A stretch of 64,000 nt of DNA from an uncultured Gammaproteobacteria bacterium (GCA_964596735.1 CAZQVF010000006.1:24152-88151); one strand, 5' to 3'; positions 10,344-20,538 are shown, counted from the stretch's first letter. Made by a program: numbers and translations. Notes: generated from the sequence alone by a model not told the origin.

Positions 10344-11063
10344 ATGAAAATTACAATCGCCATTCCGGCTTACAACGAAGAAAAAATCATTAGTCAAAAA
10401 ATTGACCAGCTTTTTAAGTTTTGCCAAGAACAATTATCAGATTATCAATGGTTAGTTGTTGTTGCTATTAATGGCTCAAAAGATAAAACATTAGAAATCG
10501 TCCAAGAAAAAAATAGAACATATTCTAACTTAGAATATGTTAACTTAGATGCCCTGGGTAAGGGCGGAGCAATTAGAAAGGCTTGGCAAACTCATCCCGG
10601 CGATATTAATATTTTTATGGATGCTGATCTCTCAACTGAACTAAAGTCAATCCATGAACTAATCAAAGCAATTAAAAAAGAAAACTATCAAATAGTTATT
10701 GGTTCTCGATATCAAAAACAAAGTCATTTAGAAAGATCCGTTATTCGTTCCCTTTTTACATATGCTTATAATCTAATCTTAAAATTATTTTTTAATCTCA
10801 AAATAACTGATGCTTCATGTGGATTTAAAGCTGTTTCTCGAGAAGTAGTAAAAAAAATTGTTCCTAAAATTAAAAACAATGACTTATTTTTTGACACAGA
10901 ACTTTTAATCCTGGCTCGTCAATCTAATTTTTCTATCAAAGAAATTCCTGTTACTTGGAGAGATGAGAATCAAAGAAAAACAAAAATCAAAATATTTAAA
11001 ACCTCTTTTGATTATTTTAAAGAGATTATTAAAATAAAAGTGCGCCTTAGAAAGACGCACTAG
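10344..11063 (+). CDS. GT2 polyprenyl-phosphate glycosyltransferase
   Basis: IPAYNEE, GKGGA, FMDADLS and DASCGFKA motifs. Confidence 0.88.
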   Translation: MKITIAIPAYNEEKIISQKIDQLFKFCQEQLSDYQWLVVVAINGSKDKTLEIVQEKNRTYSNLEYVNLDALGKGGAIRKAWQTHPGDINIFMDADLSTELKSIHELIKAIKKENYQIVIGSRYQKQSHLERSVIRSLFTYAYNLILKLFFNLKITDASCGFKAVSREVVKKIVPKIKNNDLFFDTELLILARQSNFSIKEIPVTWRDENQRKTKIKIFKTSFDYFKEIIKIKVRLRKTH

Positions 11064-11089
11064 AATTCATATAAAGTGTTGTAATTTTA

Positions 11090-11512
11090 TTATTCAGGAA
11101 GGGGTTCACTTGTAGCCTCTTTGGTTACTCCGGATAGTCTTTCAACTACGAACTGAGAAATGGAATAAGAGAATATAACAATTATTAAACCAATCAAAGC
11201 TGATGACATTAGCTTTTTTGCTTTAGTTACCTGCTCGGCATTTCCGCCAGAAGTCATCCACATTATTCCGCCAGCAATCATTAAGACCACTAAGATTATT
11301 CCCATTAAGCCAAGGATAACTCCGATTATCCGACCAACAATTGCTGTTGGTTGAGTCTCTGATCCTAAACCAGCCACGTTTGCTGTTTGTTCCAATTCTC
11401 CAAGTTGAGCAAAAGCGACTTTTTTTTCTACTAAAAAACCGCTTAAAGCTAAGAGTAAAATTAATATTATTAAAACATAAACCACCTTCTCTTTCGAGTC
11501 GAGATGTTTCAT
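11090..11512 (-). CDS. VirB2/TrbC-like CPR pilin
   Basis: Signal peptide plus hydrophobic hairpin GGIMWMTSGGN..KAKKLMSSALIGL. Confidence 0.8.
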   Translation of the reverse strand: MKHLDSKEKVVYVLIILILLLALSGFLVEKKVAFAQLGELEQTANVAGLGSETQPTAIVGRIIGVILGLMGIILVVLMIAGGIMWMTSGGNAEQVTKAKKLMSSALIGLIIVIFSYSISQFVVERLSGVTKEATSEPLPE

Positions 11513-11531
11513 AATACTGTAATTAAAGATT

Positions 11532-11897
11532 CTAGGTTGTTACGCCTGATAACTTACCAATAACAAATGCAGCAATAGCGTAAGCGAGGATAACAATAAT
11601 TAAACCAATCAAAGCTGATCCCATCAATTTTTTAGCACTCTTAATTTTCTCTTCATTTCCTCCAGAGGTCATCCACTGGAAGCCACCAACAATAATTAAA
11701 ACAACTGCCACCAAACCAAGGAGACTTAAGACTATCTGAATTATCTTTCCAATAATTTCAGATAAACCAGCTGAACCATAACCTGCTCCTGTCTGAAAAT
11801 TGGTCAAATAATCATTCCCAAAATTTAATTGACCTAAAGCAATCGCTGGGAGTAAGAGTAAAGCGATGATAAGCCCTGGAACAATGTAATTTTTCAT
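11532..11897 (-). CDS. VirB2/TrbC-like CPR pilin
   Basis: GGFQWMTSGGNEEKIKSAKKLMGSALIGL. Confidence 0.82.
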   Translation of the reverse strand: MKNYIVPGLIIALLLLPAIALGQLNFGNDYLTNFQTGAGYGSAGLSEIIGKIIQIVLSLLGLVAVVLIIVGGFQWMTSGGNEEKIKSAKKLMGSALIGLIIVILAYAIAAFVIGKLSGVTT

Positions 11898-12053
11898 TTT
11901 AAAACTCTTTTTCGCTTCTTAAACCCTCTTTTTTATGAAGCGAATATTTAATCAAACAACGACCTTGAATGACTATTTAATTATACTATTTAATTATTAA
12001 TTTCTATTCTAGAGGCAAATAAGGGATTCGTCAAGTTTGAAGTGTGGATATCT

Positions 12054-12419
12054 TTATTTGGTGCTAGACAAAAAAGCATTTAAAATAAAATCTAGAATGG
12101 CATAACTAAGGAAAACAAAAGCTAATCCAAAGATTGCCCAAACAAGTGTGTCTCTTCCTTTTTTAATTTTTTCTGCTGCTCCGGCTGAAGTCATCCAGGT
12201 TATTCCACCATAAATAAACATTACTAAAGCCAAAACGCCAACAAATCCTAATATATAGGCAATAATATCTCCCACTAAAACAGGGATGTCTCTTTTCCCC
12301 AAAGGATCATCTAGTTGAGGCATGTCTTCTTGGGCTTGAACAAAATTAGATAATAAAAAACATCCACTAATAATAAGGCTCACAACTAAAATGAAATAAA
12401 TTTTTGGTTTTTGTTTCAT
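12054..12419 (-). CDS. VirB2/TrbC-like CPR pilin
   Basis: GGITWMTSAGAAEKIKKGRDTLVWAIFGL; start moved to ATG at 12419 to avoid overlap with upstream gene. Confidence 0.78.
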   Translation of the reverse strand: MKQKPKIYFILVVSLIISGCFLLSNFVQAQEDMPQLDDPLGKRDIPVLVGDIIAYILGFVGVLALVMFIYGGITWMTSAGAAEKIKKGRDTLVWAIFGLAFVFLSYAILDFILNAFLSSTK

Positions 12420-12426
12420 ATAATAT

Positions 12427-13347
12427 TTATAGACAAGGATTAGTGATGACTCCAGCATCTCTTAAAATTTCTTTATAAGCATCTCTTGTACCCGAACCAA
12501 CCCTTCCGTCTACGCTCAAACAATAAGCATTAGGGCAGCCACCACTATTAGCTTGTTGAAATCTTGTTGTACAATCTCTTGTTGTCGAGCCAAACTTACC
12601 ATCTGGAGTTCCACAATCACATCCCCAGTTATTAAGTTTTTGTTGATATGTTAAAACTTCTGAAGACTGACATCCTTTATTTAGTCCTGTCCACGTACAA
12701 CCATAACACCAAGGCCGATTATCTGAAATATTATCAAGGAGAGGACAATCTGACCAGCCTTGATCTTCTGAAACTTCACTTGATTGAGGTAAATATTCTT
12801 CTGCACCAAAAGCTTCCATTACTACACGAACAATTGTAAAGGCAACTAAAACAATAATCAACCCAACAATTGCTCCCTTAATCATGTCTTTCCCTTTTTT
12901 AATTCTTTCGGCTGAACCGCCTGAGGTTATCCATATTATACCACCAATAACGAAAAATAACAAAGCAAAAACACCCAGAAACCCTAAAACGTTTCCTGCT
13001 ACATTAACTCCCATTAAAAGAAAATCATTTAAAACACAGTCTCCACAGCAAGAACAAACCGGATTACTAATAAAAAAACCTACATGACAATCTTCTACTT
13101 TGTTAGATCCTTGACAGATACAATCATAGACGCCTTCTGAGATTTTTCGACAACAGCTACACGCACTCCCTGAGAACATTCCACTCCCGCCTTTGCCGAT
13201 TTGTCTACAAAGACTGGAATTATATTCTCCACACTTAATTGTACACCATTGCTGACAAGCATTTTCTTGAGCCTGGACAGCTTTAGGCATAATCACTCCT
13301 AACAAACAAATAATTAGAATAATAAAAATTGTTTTTTTATAATTCAT
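12427..13347 (-). CDS. Pilin-domain protein with Cys-rich N-region and C-terminal peptidoglycan-binding-like domain
   Basis: Central GGIIWITSGGSAERIKKGK pilin motif; DGKFGSTT..RFQQAN..LSVDGRVGSGT resembles PG_binding_1. Confidence 0.7.
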   Translation of the reverse strand: MNYKKTIFIILIICLLGVIMPKAVQAQENACQQWCTIKCGEYNSSLCRQIGKGGSGMFSGSACSCCRKISEGVYDCICQGSNKVEDCHVGFFISNPVCSCCGDCVLNDFLLMGVNVAGNVLGFLGVFALLFFVIGGIIWITSGGSAERIKKGKDMIKGAIVGLIIVLVAFTIVRVVMEAFGAEEYLPQSSEVSEDQGWSDCPLLDNISDNRPWCYGCTWTGLNKGCQSSEVLTYQQKLNNWGCDCGTPDGKFGSTTRDCTTRFQQANSGGCPNAYCLSVDGRVGSGTRDAYKEILRDAGVITNPCL

Positions 13348-13352
13348 TTTCC

Positions 13353-14732
13353 TTAATAGGTTAAATTAACTTTTTGAGCACAATATTTAATCGCTTCCTC
13401 AATAGTTTTTTCTCCTGTTAAAGTATCTTTAATCATTTCTTTAAAGGCTTCCTCCACCAAAGAATAATTTTTTCCTTGATACCAAGTCTGAGCTGTTAAT
13501 ACGCCTCTGGCAAATGGAGCTAAATCAAAATCTTCTAATTGTCTTTGAATTAATGCTCTATGGGCTGTTGGTCTCTTTGTCCTTTCAATAAAAGTCTGAG
13601 TATTTTGGTTCTCTATAGCATAAAGTAAAAAACTCCAAGCTTCGGAAGGATGTTTTGTTTTTTTAGAAACTGTTTCTAACCAATACTGGGCGTAATTAAC
13701 CTCTTTAAGTGAACTGCTGATTTGTGGAACCTTGGCAATATCAAAATTTAATTTTGGTGCCTGAGATTTAATAATGGGTAAATAATTTGAGTAACCTAAA
13801 ATAAATCCAACCCTGCCTTGAATAAAAGCGTCTAATGAATTTATCATTTGTTCATTCCAGGTATAAATTCCTTGATAAGGATTGGCAAAGCCAGTATAAA
13901 AACGTATTGCTTCTATTCCAGGAAAATAACCTGGATCATCAATCAGCGCTTTATCAAAAATGACCTGATCTCTCTGATTAACCATTGATGTCCCGTTTTG
14001 CAACATTAATAAGGAAAGTATGTCTGTTAAATTGGCTACATTTTCTGCTGTTCCCATGGCTACTCCAGATTGAATAAAATTTCCATATCTATCTTGCAAT
14101 GTTAAAGCGCTAACACTATTAACAAATTCTTGCCAAGTTTGAGGAGGATTAATTATTCCAGCGTTATTTAAAAGTTCTTTGTTATAATAAAGAACTAATA
14201 AATCCAGCCCTAAGGGTAAGCCATAAATTTTCTCATCTAAAATGACCCCATCTGATACTGCTTCAACAAATATTTCTCTTAGCTCCCTTAAATTTGGTGC
14301 TTTTTTTCTTTCCTCAACAACTTTTGGCTCTTTTTTTATTGTCCCAGCCATTACTTGTCGTGCTAAAACAATTTCTTGGGACAAATTAACAGGTAGGATT
14401 TTTGTTTGATATTTTCCTAACCAAGTATTAGGAATGGAAAAAATGTCTGGCCCCCTGTCTTCGGCCCAAGCTTCTAAAAGAGCCTGTTCATATTCTTCTT
14501 CACGAATTGTTTTATAGGTAATAGAAATATGAGGATATAAAGTTTGCCAACCATCAATAATTGCTGCAAAAGCATCTTGGCTGTCTTGGGTTCGCCAATA
14601 AACCAAATTTATTGGCTTAATTTTTTCTGCTATCTTCTCACTGGCTGTACACTTACATCCCAGGCCAGAGGTAATTAAAAAAACACCTATTAAGAGTCCT
14701 ATTAGGATTTTTGTTTTTCTCTTTCTCGCCAT
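13353..14732 (-). CDS. Extracellular solute-binding lipoprotein (sugar SBP family 1)
   Basis: Lipobox-like GLGC; GPDIF, LYYNKELL and PPQTWQEF motifs. Confidence 0.85.
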   Translation of the reverse strand: MARKRKTKILIGLLIGVFLITSGLGCKCTASEKIAEKIKPINLVYWRTQDSQDAFAAIIDGWQTLYPHISITYKTIREEEYEQALLEAWAEDRGPDIFSIPNTWLGKYQTKILPVNLSQEIVLARQVMAGTIKKEPKVVEERKKAPNLRELREIFVEAVSDGVILDEKIYGLPLGLDLLVLYYNKELLNNAGIINPPQTWQEFVNSVSALTLQDRYGNFIQSGVAMGTAENVANLTDILSLLMLQNGTSMVNQRDQVIFDKALIDDPGYFPGIEAIRFYTGFANPYQGIYTWNEQMINSLDAFIQGRVGFILGYSNYLPIIKSQAPKLNFDIAKVPQISSSLKEVNYAQYWLETVSKKTKHPSEAWSFLLYAIENQNTQTFIERTKRPTAHRALIQRQLEDFDLAPFARGVLTAQTWYQGKNYSLVEEAFKEMIKDTLTGEKTIEEAIKYCAQKVNLTY

Positions 14733-14737
14733 ACAAT

Positions 14738-15598
14738 CTATTTTATGTTCTTTAAAAATTTTTTCAAGTCTTTTCTCATTTCCTTATCTTTAAGGGCAAA
14801 GGCGATATTTGCTTGTAAAAATCCTTGTTTACCACCAAAAGTATACCAATCCCCGTCAAATTCGCAAGCATAAGCCGGTTTTGTTTTAAGAAAAAGATTA
14901 AAAGCATCGCTAATTCCTGCTTCCTTTCCTTTTTTATAAGGAATTGATTTCATACATTTAACCAATTCCGGGGTAATAATATATCTACCCACCACCCCCA
15001 GATTAGAGGGTGCTTTCCCTGGTTTTGGTTTCTCAACTATTTTTTTAACTTGATAAATTTTTTGTTCTAATTTAACAGCTTTAATTGAACCAAAATGCCG
15101 AATCTCTTTTTTAGGCACTCTTTTTACGGCTAAAACTGGATCTCCATATTTCTCAAAAACGTCTATTAGCTGTTTTAAGCAGGGTTTTTTGCTATCAACA
15201 ATATCATCTCCAAAAAGTACTGCGCATGGTTCATTTTTAATAAATTCCTGGGCACAAAGAATTGCATCAGCCGTCCCCCTTTGCTGCTGTTGACGAATAA
15301 CAATAAAATCTGCCATCTTATGAATCCGGCGAACAGTTTCTAACGCCTTTTTCTTCCCTGCTTGTTTTAAGCGGGTTTCTAATTCAAAATTAAAATCAAA
15401 ATGGTTTTCAACCGCTCTTTTAGTATGACTAGTAATTAAAAATATCTGTTTAATCCCAGAAGCAACAACCTCTTCAACAATATTTTGGATAACTGGCTTG
15501 TCTAATAAAGGTAACATTTCTTTTGGTTGAGCCTTAGTAGCTGGTAAAAATCTTGTCCCTAAACCAGCTACGGGAATAATTGCCTTTGTAATTTTCAT
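14738..15598 (-). CDS. galU: UTP--glucose-1-phosphate uridylyltransferase
   Basis: KAIIPVAGLGTRFLPATKAQPKEMLP and IVEKP motifs. Confidence 0.92.
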   Translation of the reverse strand: MKITKAIIPVAGLGTRFLPATKAQPKEMLPLLDKPVIQNIVEEVVASGIKQIFLITSHTKRAVENHFDFNFELETRLKQAGKKKALETVRRIHKMADFIVIRQQQQRGTADAILCAQEFIKNEPCAVLFGDDIVDSKKPCLKQLIDVFEKYGDPVLAVKRVPKKEIRHFGSIKAVKLEQKIYQVKKIVEKPKPGKAPSNLGVVGRYIITPELVKCMKSIPYKKGKEAGISDAFNLFLKTKPAYACEFDGDWYTFGGKQGFLQANIAFALKDKEMRKDLKKFLKNIK

Positions 15599-15601
15599 TT
15601 T

Positions 15602-15672
15602 ATAATTAAATTACCTTAATTTATATATAATAATATTTAATTTCAAGGTTCCCGCCGAAGGCGAGGTTCTTA
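15602..15672. repeat. Dispersed intergenic element, copy C (TTGAAA-N17-TAAATT promoter-like, upstream of galU)
   Basis: Matches copies at 3786 and 10265. Confidence 0.65.
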
Positions 15673-16860
15673 TTTTATTAATTTAATAAATCTCCTCTTA
15701 CCTACTTTTATTACCATACCAGGCTTTGGCTTAAATTCGTATTGCCAATCTTTAAATACTTTATCATTAATCTTCACTCCCCCTTGTTCAATTAATCTCC
15801 TTGCCTCACCCTTGCTGACGGTTAATTTTGCTTCTACTAAAACATCTATTAATTTAAATCTTTCTTTGTTTATTTTATAAACAGGAATATCTTCTGGTAA
15901 TCTTTTGTCCCTAAAAACTCTATTAAATTCTTTTTCTGCACTCTTTGCTTGATTTTCTCCATGGTATAGTTTCACAATTTCAAAGCTCAAACGCGCCTTA
16001 AGATCTCTTGGGTTAGCTCCTTTTTTTATTTGTTCCTCAATATCTTTTATCTCTGCATCTGTTAGTTGAGTACAAAGTCTGAAATATCTAAGAATCATGT
16101 CATCTTTCATAGACATTAGTTTCCCGTATTGATCCTTGGGGAGGGCTGTTATATTAACAACGTTTCCCTGACTAGTACTCATTTTATTCCCATCAAGCCC
16201 CTCTAACATTTTAAAGGTCATTATGTCTTGAGGTTCTTGATCATATGCTTGCTGAATTTTCCTTCCGGCCAATAAATTAAATAATTGATCATTTCCTCCA
16301 ACTTCTACGTCAGCTTTAATCATTACTGAATCATAACCCTGATAAAGAGGGTAATGAAATTCTCTTAGAGAAATATCTTCTTGGCTTTCCCAGCGTGTTT
16401 TAAAATTTCTCCTGGCCACCATTTGTTGAACACTAAATAAGTCAGCTAATTCATCAAGCTTACGCGGCTTTAATTTTCCTAACCATTTACTATTGCGATG
16501 CCATTCAATCTTTCCTGCATTTAAAACCTGGCTAATCTGTTTTTTATAATTTTTTAAATTCTTTTTAATTTGTTTTTCTGACAAAAAAGGCCTTTTGTGG
16601 AGCTTGTCTGAAGGATCGCCTATCTGAGCTGTGTAATCTCCTAGAATTAAAACTATCTGGTGTCCTAATTCTTGAAACTCTCTTAATTTCCATAAAGTTA
16701 TTGCTCGACCCAAATGAATCTGTGGGCCAGTCGGATCTACACCATGTTTAACCCTTAATTTTTCTCCTTTTAAAAGGCGTTTTTCTAAATGCTGATAATC
16801 AACAACTTCTTGAACATTACGAAAAAGAAGTCGTTTTATTTTCTCTTTATCGATTTTCAT
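15670..16860 (-). CDS. tyrS: Tyrosine--tRNA ligase
   Basis: GVDPTG..HLGR, GGNDQLFN, KMSTS and C-terminal S4 domain. Confidence 0.95.
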   Translation of the reverse strand: MKIDKEKIKRLLFRNVQEVVDYQHLEKRLLKGEKLRVKHGVDPTGPQIHLGRAITLWKLREFQELGHQIVLILGDYTAQIGDPSDKLHKRPFLSEKQIKKNLKNYKKQISQVLNAGKIEWHRNSKWLGKLKPRKLDELADLFSVQQMVARRNFKTRWESQEDISLREFHYPLYQGYDSVMIKADVEVGGNDQLFNLLAGRKIQQAYDQEPQDIMTFKMLEGLDGNKMSTSQGNVVNITALPKDQYGKLMSMKDDMILRYFRLCTQLTDAEIKDIEEQIKKGANPRDLKARLSFEIVKLYHGENQAKSAEKEFNRVFRDKRLPEDIPVYKINKERFKLIDVLVEAKLTVSKGEARRLIEQGGVKINDKVFKDWQYEFKPKPGMVIKVGKRRFIKLIK

Positions 16861-16937
16861 GCTTCTAGTTTAAAACAAAAAAACAAAAAAATCAAGTGCA
16901 TCTTGAATTTTTACCCCTTTTTTGATATAATAACTCT

Positions 16938-19844
16938 ATGCCAGTCAAAAAGAAAAATATAAAAAGAAGATCGTCTTGGAAAAGCCGACCAATTGGCAAA
17001 AAAACCAGGTCAAAGGGTCGTTTTAAAAAGACAAGAAAAAATCAAACAAACTCTTTGCGTAGTTTTTCTATTTTCTTTGGTTTTTCTATTTTATTAATTA
17101 GTGTTTTTGTAATTGGCACTTTTTCTTGGCTCACTTATACATTACCTAATCCAGAAGAACTTTTACAAAGAAACATTGCTCAAAGCACTAAAATTTATGA
17201 CCGCACTGGCAAAGCAGTATTATACGAAATATTTGCAGAAGAAAGAAGAAGCTTAGTTGAGCTTAAAGACATACCTCAAAACTTAATTAATGCCACGTTA
17301 ATGGCTGAAGATCAAGATTTCTTTACTCATCCTGGATTTGATCTTAAAGGAATCTTTAGGGCTATAATTGTTGATGTTTTGCAAGGAGGAAAGGTTCAAG
17401 GAGCGTCTACTTTAACTCAACAATTTATTAAAAATGCTTTTTTAACTACTGAAAAAACCTGGCAACGAAAAATTAAAGAATTACTTTTAGCCTATCAGTT
17501 AGAAAAAAAATATTCTAAACAAGAAATTCTACAAATGTATTTTAATGAAATTCCCTATGGATCAAACGCTTACGGGGCTGAAGCAGCTAGTCAAATCTAT
17601 TTTGGAAAATCAGTTAAAAATTTAGGGCTTGATGAATGTGCTCTCTTAGCGGCTATGGCTAAAGCTCCTACTTATTATTCTCCACGAGGTAATCATCAGG
17701 ATGAATTAATTCTCCGCCGCAATTATCTTCTAGATGTTATGGCTGACAAGGGACATATTTCTCAAGAATTAGCTAGTCAAACAAAAAAAATAAGTACTTT
17801 AGAAAAAGTTACCCCTCGTTATGAGAACATTACTGCCCCTCACTTTATTATGTATGTTAAAGGACTTTTAACAGAAAAATATGGTCAACGATCTGTTGAA
17901 CAAGGTGGGTTTAAGGTTATTACCACTCTTGATGTAAATAAACAAGAAATTGCTGAAAAAGCAATTGAAAATCAAGCTAAAAGAAACGAAGAAATATTTA
18001 AAGCAACTAATGCTGCCTTGGTTAGCATTGACGTTAAAACAGGACAAATTCTTGCCATGGTTGGCTCAAAAGACTTTTTTGATGAAGAAATTGATGGCCA
18101 GGTTAATGTTGCCACTCGTCTTCGCCAACCTGGTTCTTCTTTTAAACCAATTGTTTATGCGGCGGCTTTTGAAAAAGGCTATACTCCTGACACAATCCTT
18201 TTTGATGTAGAAACAAGTTTTGGTCCAACCGGAATTGATGATGAAGAATATATTCCTCAGAACTATAATGAAAAATTTTATGGACCAGTAACTATTCGTC
18301 AAGCTTTGTCTGGATCTTTAAATGTTCCTGGAGTTAAAACCCTTTATTTAACCGGCGTAAATAATGCCTTAAATTTAGCTCAAAGAATAGGCTATACTAC
18401 TTTAGTTGATAAGAGTCGTTACGGACTATCTCTTGTTCTAGGTGGAGGCGAAGTTAAACTTCTTGAGCACGTAGCTGCTTTTGGTGTTTTTGCCAGGGAG
18501 GGAGAAAAAATTCCCACTACCTGCATTCTCAGAGTAAAAGATGCTTCAGGAAAAGTCCTTGAAGAAAACGATCCTGAACTTTTTATTCCCCAAAGAGCTA
18601 TTGAACCTCAAATTACTCGCCTTATTAACAACATCCTTTCTGACAATCAATCCCGTGCTTTTGTTTTTGGTGAAAATAACCATTTAACCCTACCTGATCG
18701 CCCCGTAGCGGCTAAAACTGGAACAACTAATAATTTTCGTGACGCCTGGACAGTCGGCTATACTCCTGATCTAGTGGCTGGCGTCTGGGTTGGCAACAGC
18801 CGCAACGAAGCAATGGCAGATAAGGCAGATGGCTCTAATGTTGCTGCCCCTATTTGGCAAGAGTTTATGGCAAAGTCCTTAATCAATACTCTGGCAAAAG
18901 AATTCACTCCTCCAGAGCCAATTATTGTTGATAAGCCTATCCTTAAGGGACAAATGCCAAGTGAAATTACCCTTGAAGTTGATAAGGCCTCTCGCAAATT
19001 AGCGACTGATTTAACCCCTGATTCACAAAAAATAAGAAAAACATTTAAAAAATATTATCCTATTCTCTATTATTTAGATAAAGATGACCCTCGAGGGCCA
19101 ATCCCTAAAAACCCCGGCCTTGATTCCCAATATGAACGCTGGCAACAGGGAATAAAAGATTGGCTAGAAAAACTAAGTGAAGAAAATGGAGACGAAATTA
19201 AAATAGAGATTCCCCCGACTGAATATGATGATTTACATGTTCCAGCAAATCAACCAAGCTTATCAATCATCTCTCCACAAAATGGAATAACAGTTAGTTC
19301 CCAAATTTTACCAATCAAATTAACAACCGCGACTCCTAGAGAAACTAGCAAATTAATCTGCTATGTTGATAATATTCCCATAGACTCGGTTTCTCTTGAA
19401 AACGTTCCTAACAACTCTTTATCTGAATGTTTTATTAATTTTGCTGGCCTTGATTTAGGAGAACATAAAATTAAGGTTAGTGTTTTTGATGATATTGATA
19501 ATAGTAAAAGTCAGGAAATTTGGGTTATTGCTAATAAAACATTTAATCAAGAAATTTCCTGGTTGAATCTCGACAATAATGATACTGTTTTACAAAAAGA
19601 CTTTCCTTTAAATTTAAGTGTGTTAGCTCCTGCCTTAAAAATAAAAATGGTTAGATTCTTTGCTCAAAATCTAACCACATTACAAACTTCTTTGATTGGA
19701 ACAATCTTTAATCCAGAAGCAAGTGGAAGAATAAATTTAAACTGGAATATGGCCGACAAAACAGGCTATAAACTATGGGCAGAAATAATTGACACCAATA
19801 ATCAAACGCTGATTGGGAAAGAAATACAAGTTGAGGTTAAATAA
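16938..19844 (+). CDS. Class A penicillin-binding protein (PBP1A family) with C-terminal Ig-like extension
   Basis: EDQDF and GASTLTQQ transglycosylase motifs; SSFK, SLN and KTGT transpeptidase motifs. Confidence 0.93.
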   Translation: MPVKKKNIKRRSSWKSRPIGKKTRSKGRFKKTRKNQTNSLRSFSIFFGFSILLISVFVIGTFSWLTYTLPNPEELLQRNIAQSTKIYDRTGKAVLYEIFAEERRSLVELKDIPQNLINATLMAEDQDFFTHPGFDLKGIFRAIIVDVLQGGKVQGASTLTQQFIKNAFLTTEKTWQRKIKELLLAYQLEKKYSKQEILQMYFNEIPYGSNAYGAEAASQIYFGKSVKNLGLDECALLAAMAKAPTYYSPRGNHQDELILRRNYLLDVMADKGHISQELASQTKKISTLEKVTPRYENITAPHFIMYVKGLLTEKYGQRSVEQGGFKVITTLDVNKQEIAEKAIENQAKRNEEIFKATNAALVSIDVKTGQILAMVGSKDFFDEEIDGQVNVATRLRQPGSSFKPIVYAAAFEKGYTPDTILFDVETSFGPTGIDDEEYIPQNYNEKFYGPVTIRQALSGSLNVPGVKTLYLTGVNNALNLAQRIGYTTLVDKSRYGLSLVLGGGEVKLLEHVAAFGVFAREGEKIPTTCILRVKDASGKVLEENDPELFIPQRAIEPQITRLINNILSDNQSRAFVFGENNHLTLPDRPVAAKTGTTNNFRDAWTVGYTPDLVAGVWVGNSRNEAMADKADGSNVAAPIWQEFMAKSLINTLAKEFTPPEPIIVDKPILKGQMPSEITLEVDKASRKLATDLTPDSQKIRKTFKKYYPILYYLDKDDPRGPIPKNPGLDSQYERWQQGIKDWLEKLSEENGDEIKIEIPPTEYDDLHVPANQPSLSIISPQNGITVSSQILPIKLTTATPRETSKLICYVDNIPIDSVSLENVPNNSLSECFINFAGLDLGEHKIKVSVFDDIDNSKSQEIWVIANKTFNQEISWLNLDNNDTVLQKDFPLNLSVLAPALKIKMVRFFAQNLTTLQTSLIGTIFNPEASGRINLNWNMADKTGYKLWAEIIDTNNQTLIGKEIQVEVK

Positions 19845-19846
19845 AG

Positions 19847-20458
19847 ATGAAGCAATTAATTATTGGCACAAAAAATCAAGCCAAGTTTAATCAAATAAAA
19901 GGGGTCTTGAGCTCCCTTAACATTGAAATAATGGGGCTCCCAACAGGGATTGATTTACCTGAGGTAATCGAAGACAGGGCGACTGCCCAAGAAAACGCAA
20001 GAAAGAAAGCAATATTTTATTCTCAATTTTTAAAGAAGGCTGTATTATCTATAGACAATGCCCTTTATATCGAGGGCTTAAGCCTTGATAAGCAGCCCGG
20101 AATTAATGTTAGAAGAATTAAAGGAAGGACTGATAGACCAAGCGACAAAGAACTTTTAAGTTATTATCAAAAAATATTTAGACCATTAGGAAATAGAATT
20201 AATGGACATTGGGAAGTTGCAATTTGTGTGGCTCATCCTAATGGTCAACTTAAGGAAACAACAATTGTTTCTCCTCGTATTTTTACCAATAAAAAAAGTG
20301 AAAAAATAACCAAGGGATATCCCCTTGAATCGCTACAAATTGACCCAAAAAGTGGTAAATATATTTCAGAAATGGATCAACAAGAACAGAATGTTTTTTG
20401 GAAAAAAATAATAGGGAGTCCTCTAAAAATTTTTGTTGAAAAAGCTATGTCCCTGTAG
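19847..20458 (+). CDS. Ham1/ITPase-like non-canonical purine NTP pyrophosphatase
   Basis: IGTKNQAK, ENARKKA, DNALYIEGL and PG motifs. Confidence 0.75.
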   Translation: MKQLIIGTKNQAKFNQIKGVLSSLNIEIMGLPTGIDLPEVIEDRATAQENARKKAIFYSQFLKKAVLSIDNALYIEGLSLDKQPGINVRRIKGRTDRPSDKELLSYYQKIFRPLGNRINGHWEVAICVAHPNGQLKETTIVSPRIFTNKKSEKITKGYPLESLQIDPKSGKYISEMDQQEQNVFWKKIIGSPLKIFVEKAMSL

Positions 20459-20538
20459 GCCATAGCTTTATTTAAAATTAAAATATAAAAACAACCCTGA
20501 AATGAACCTAAAGGGTCGTTCTTAATTTCACATATTTT

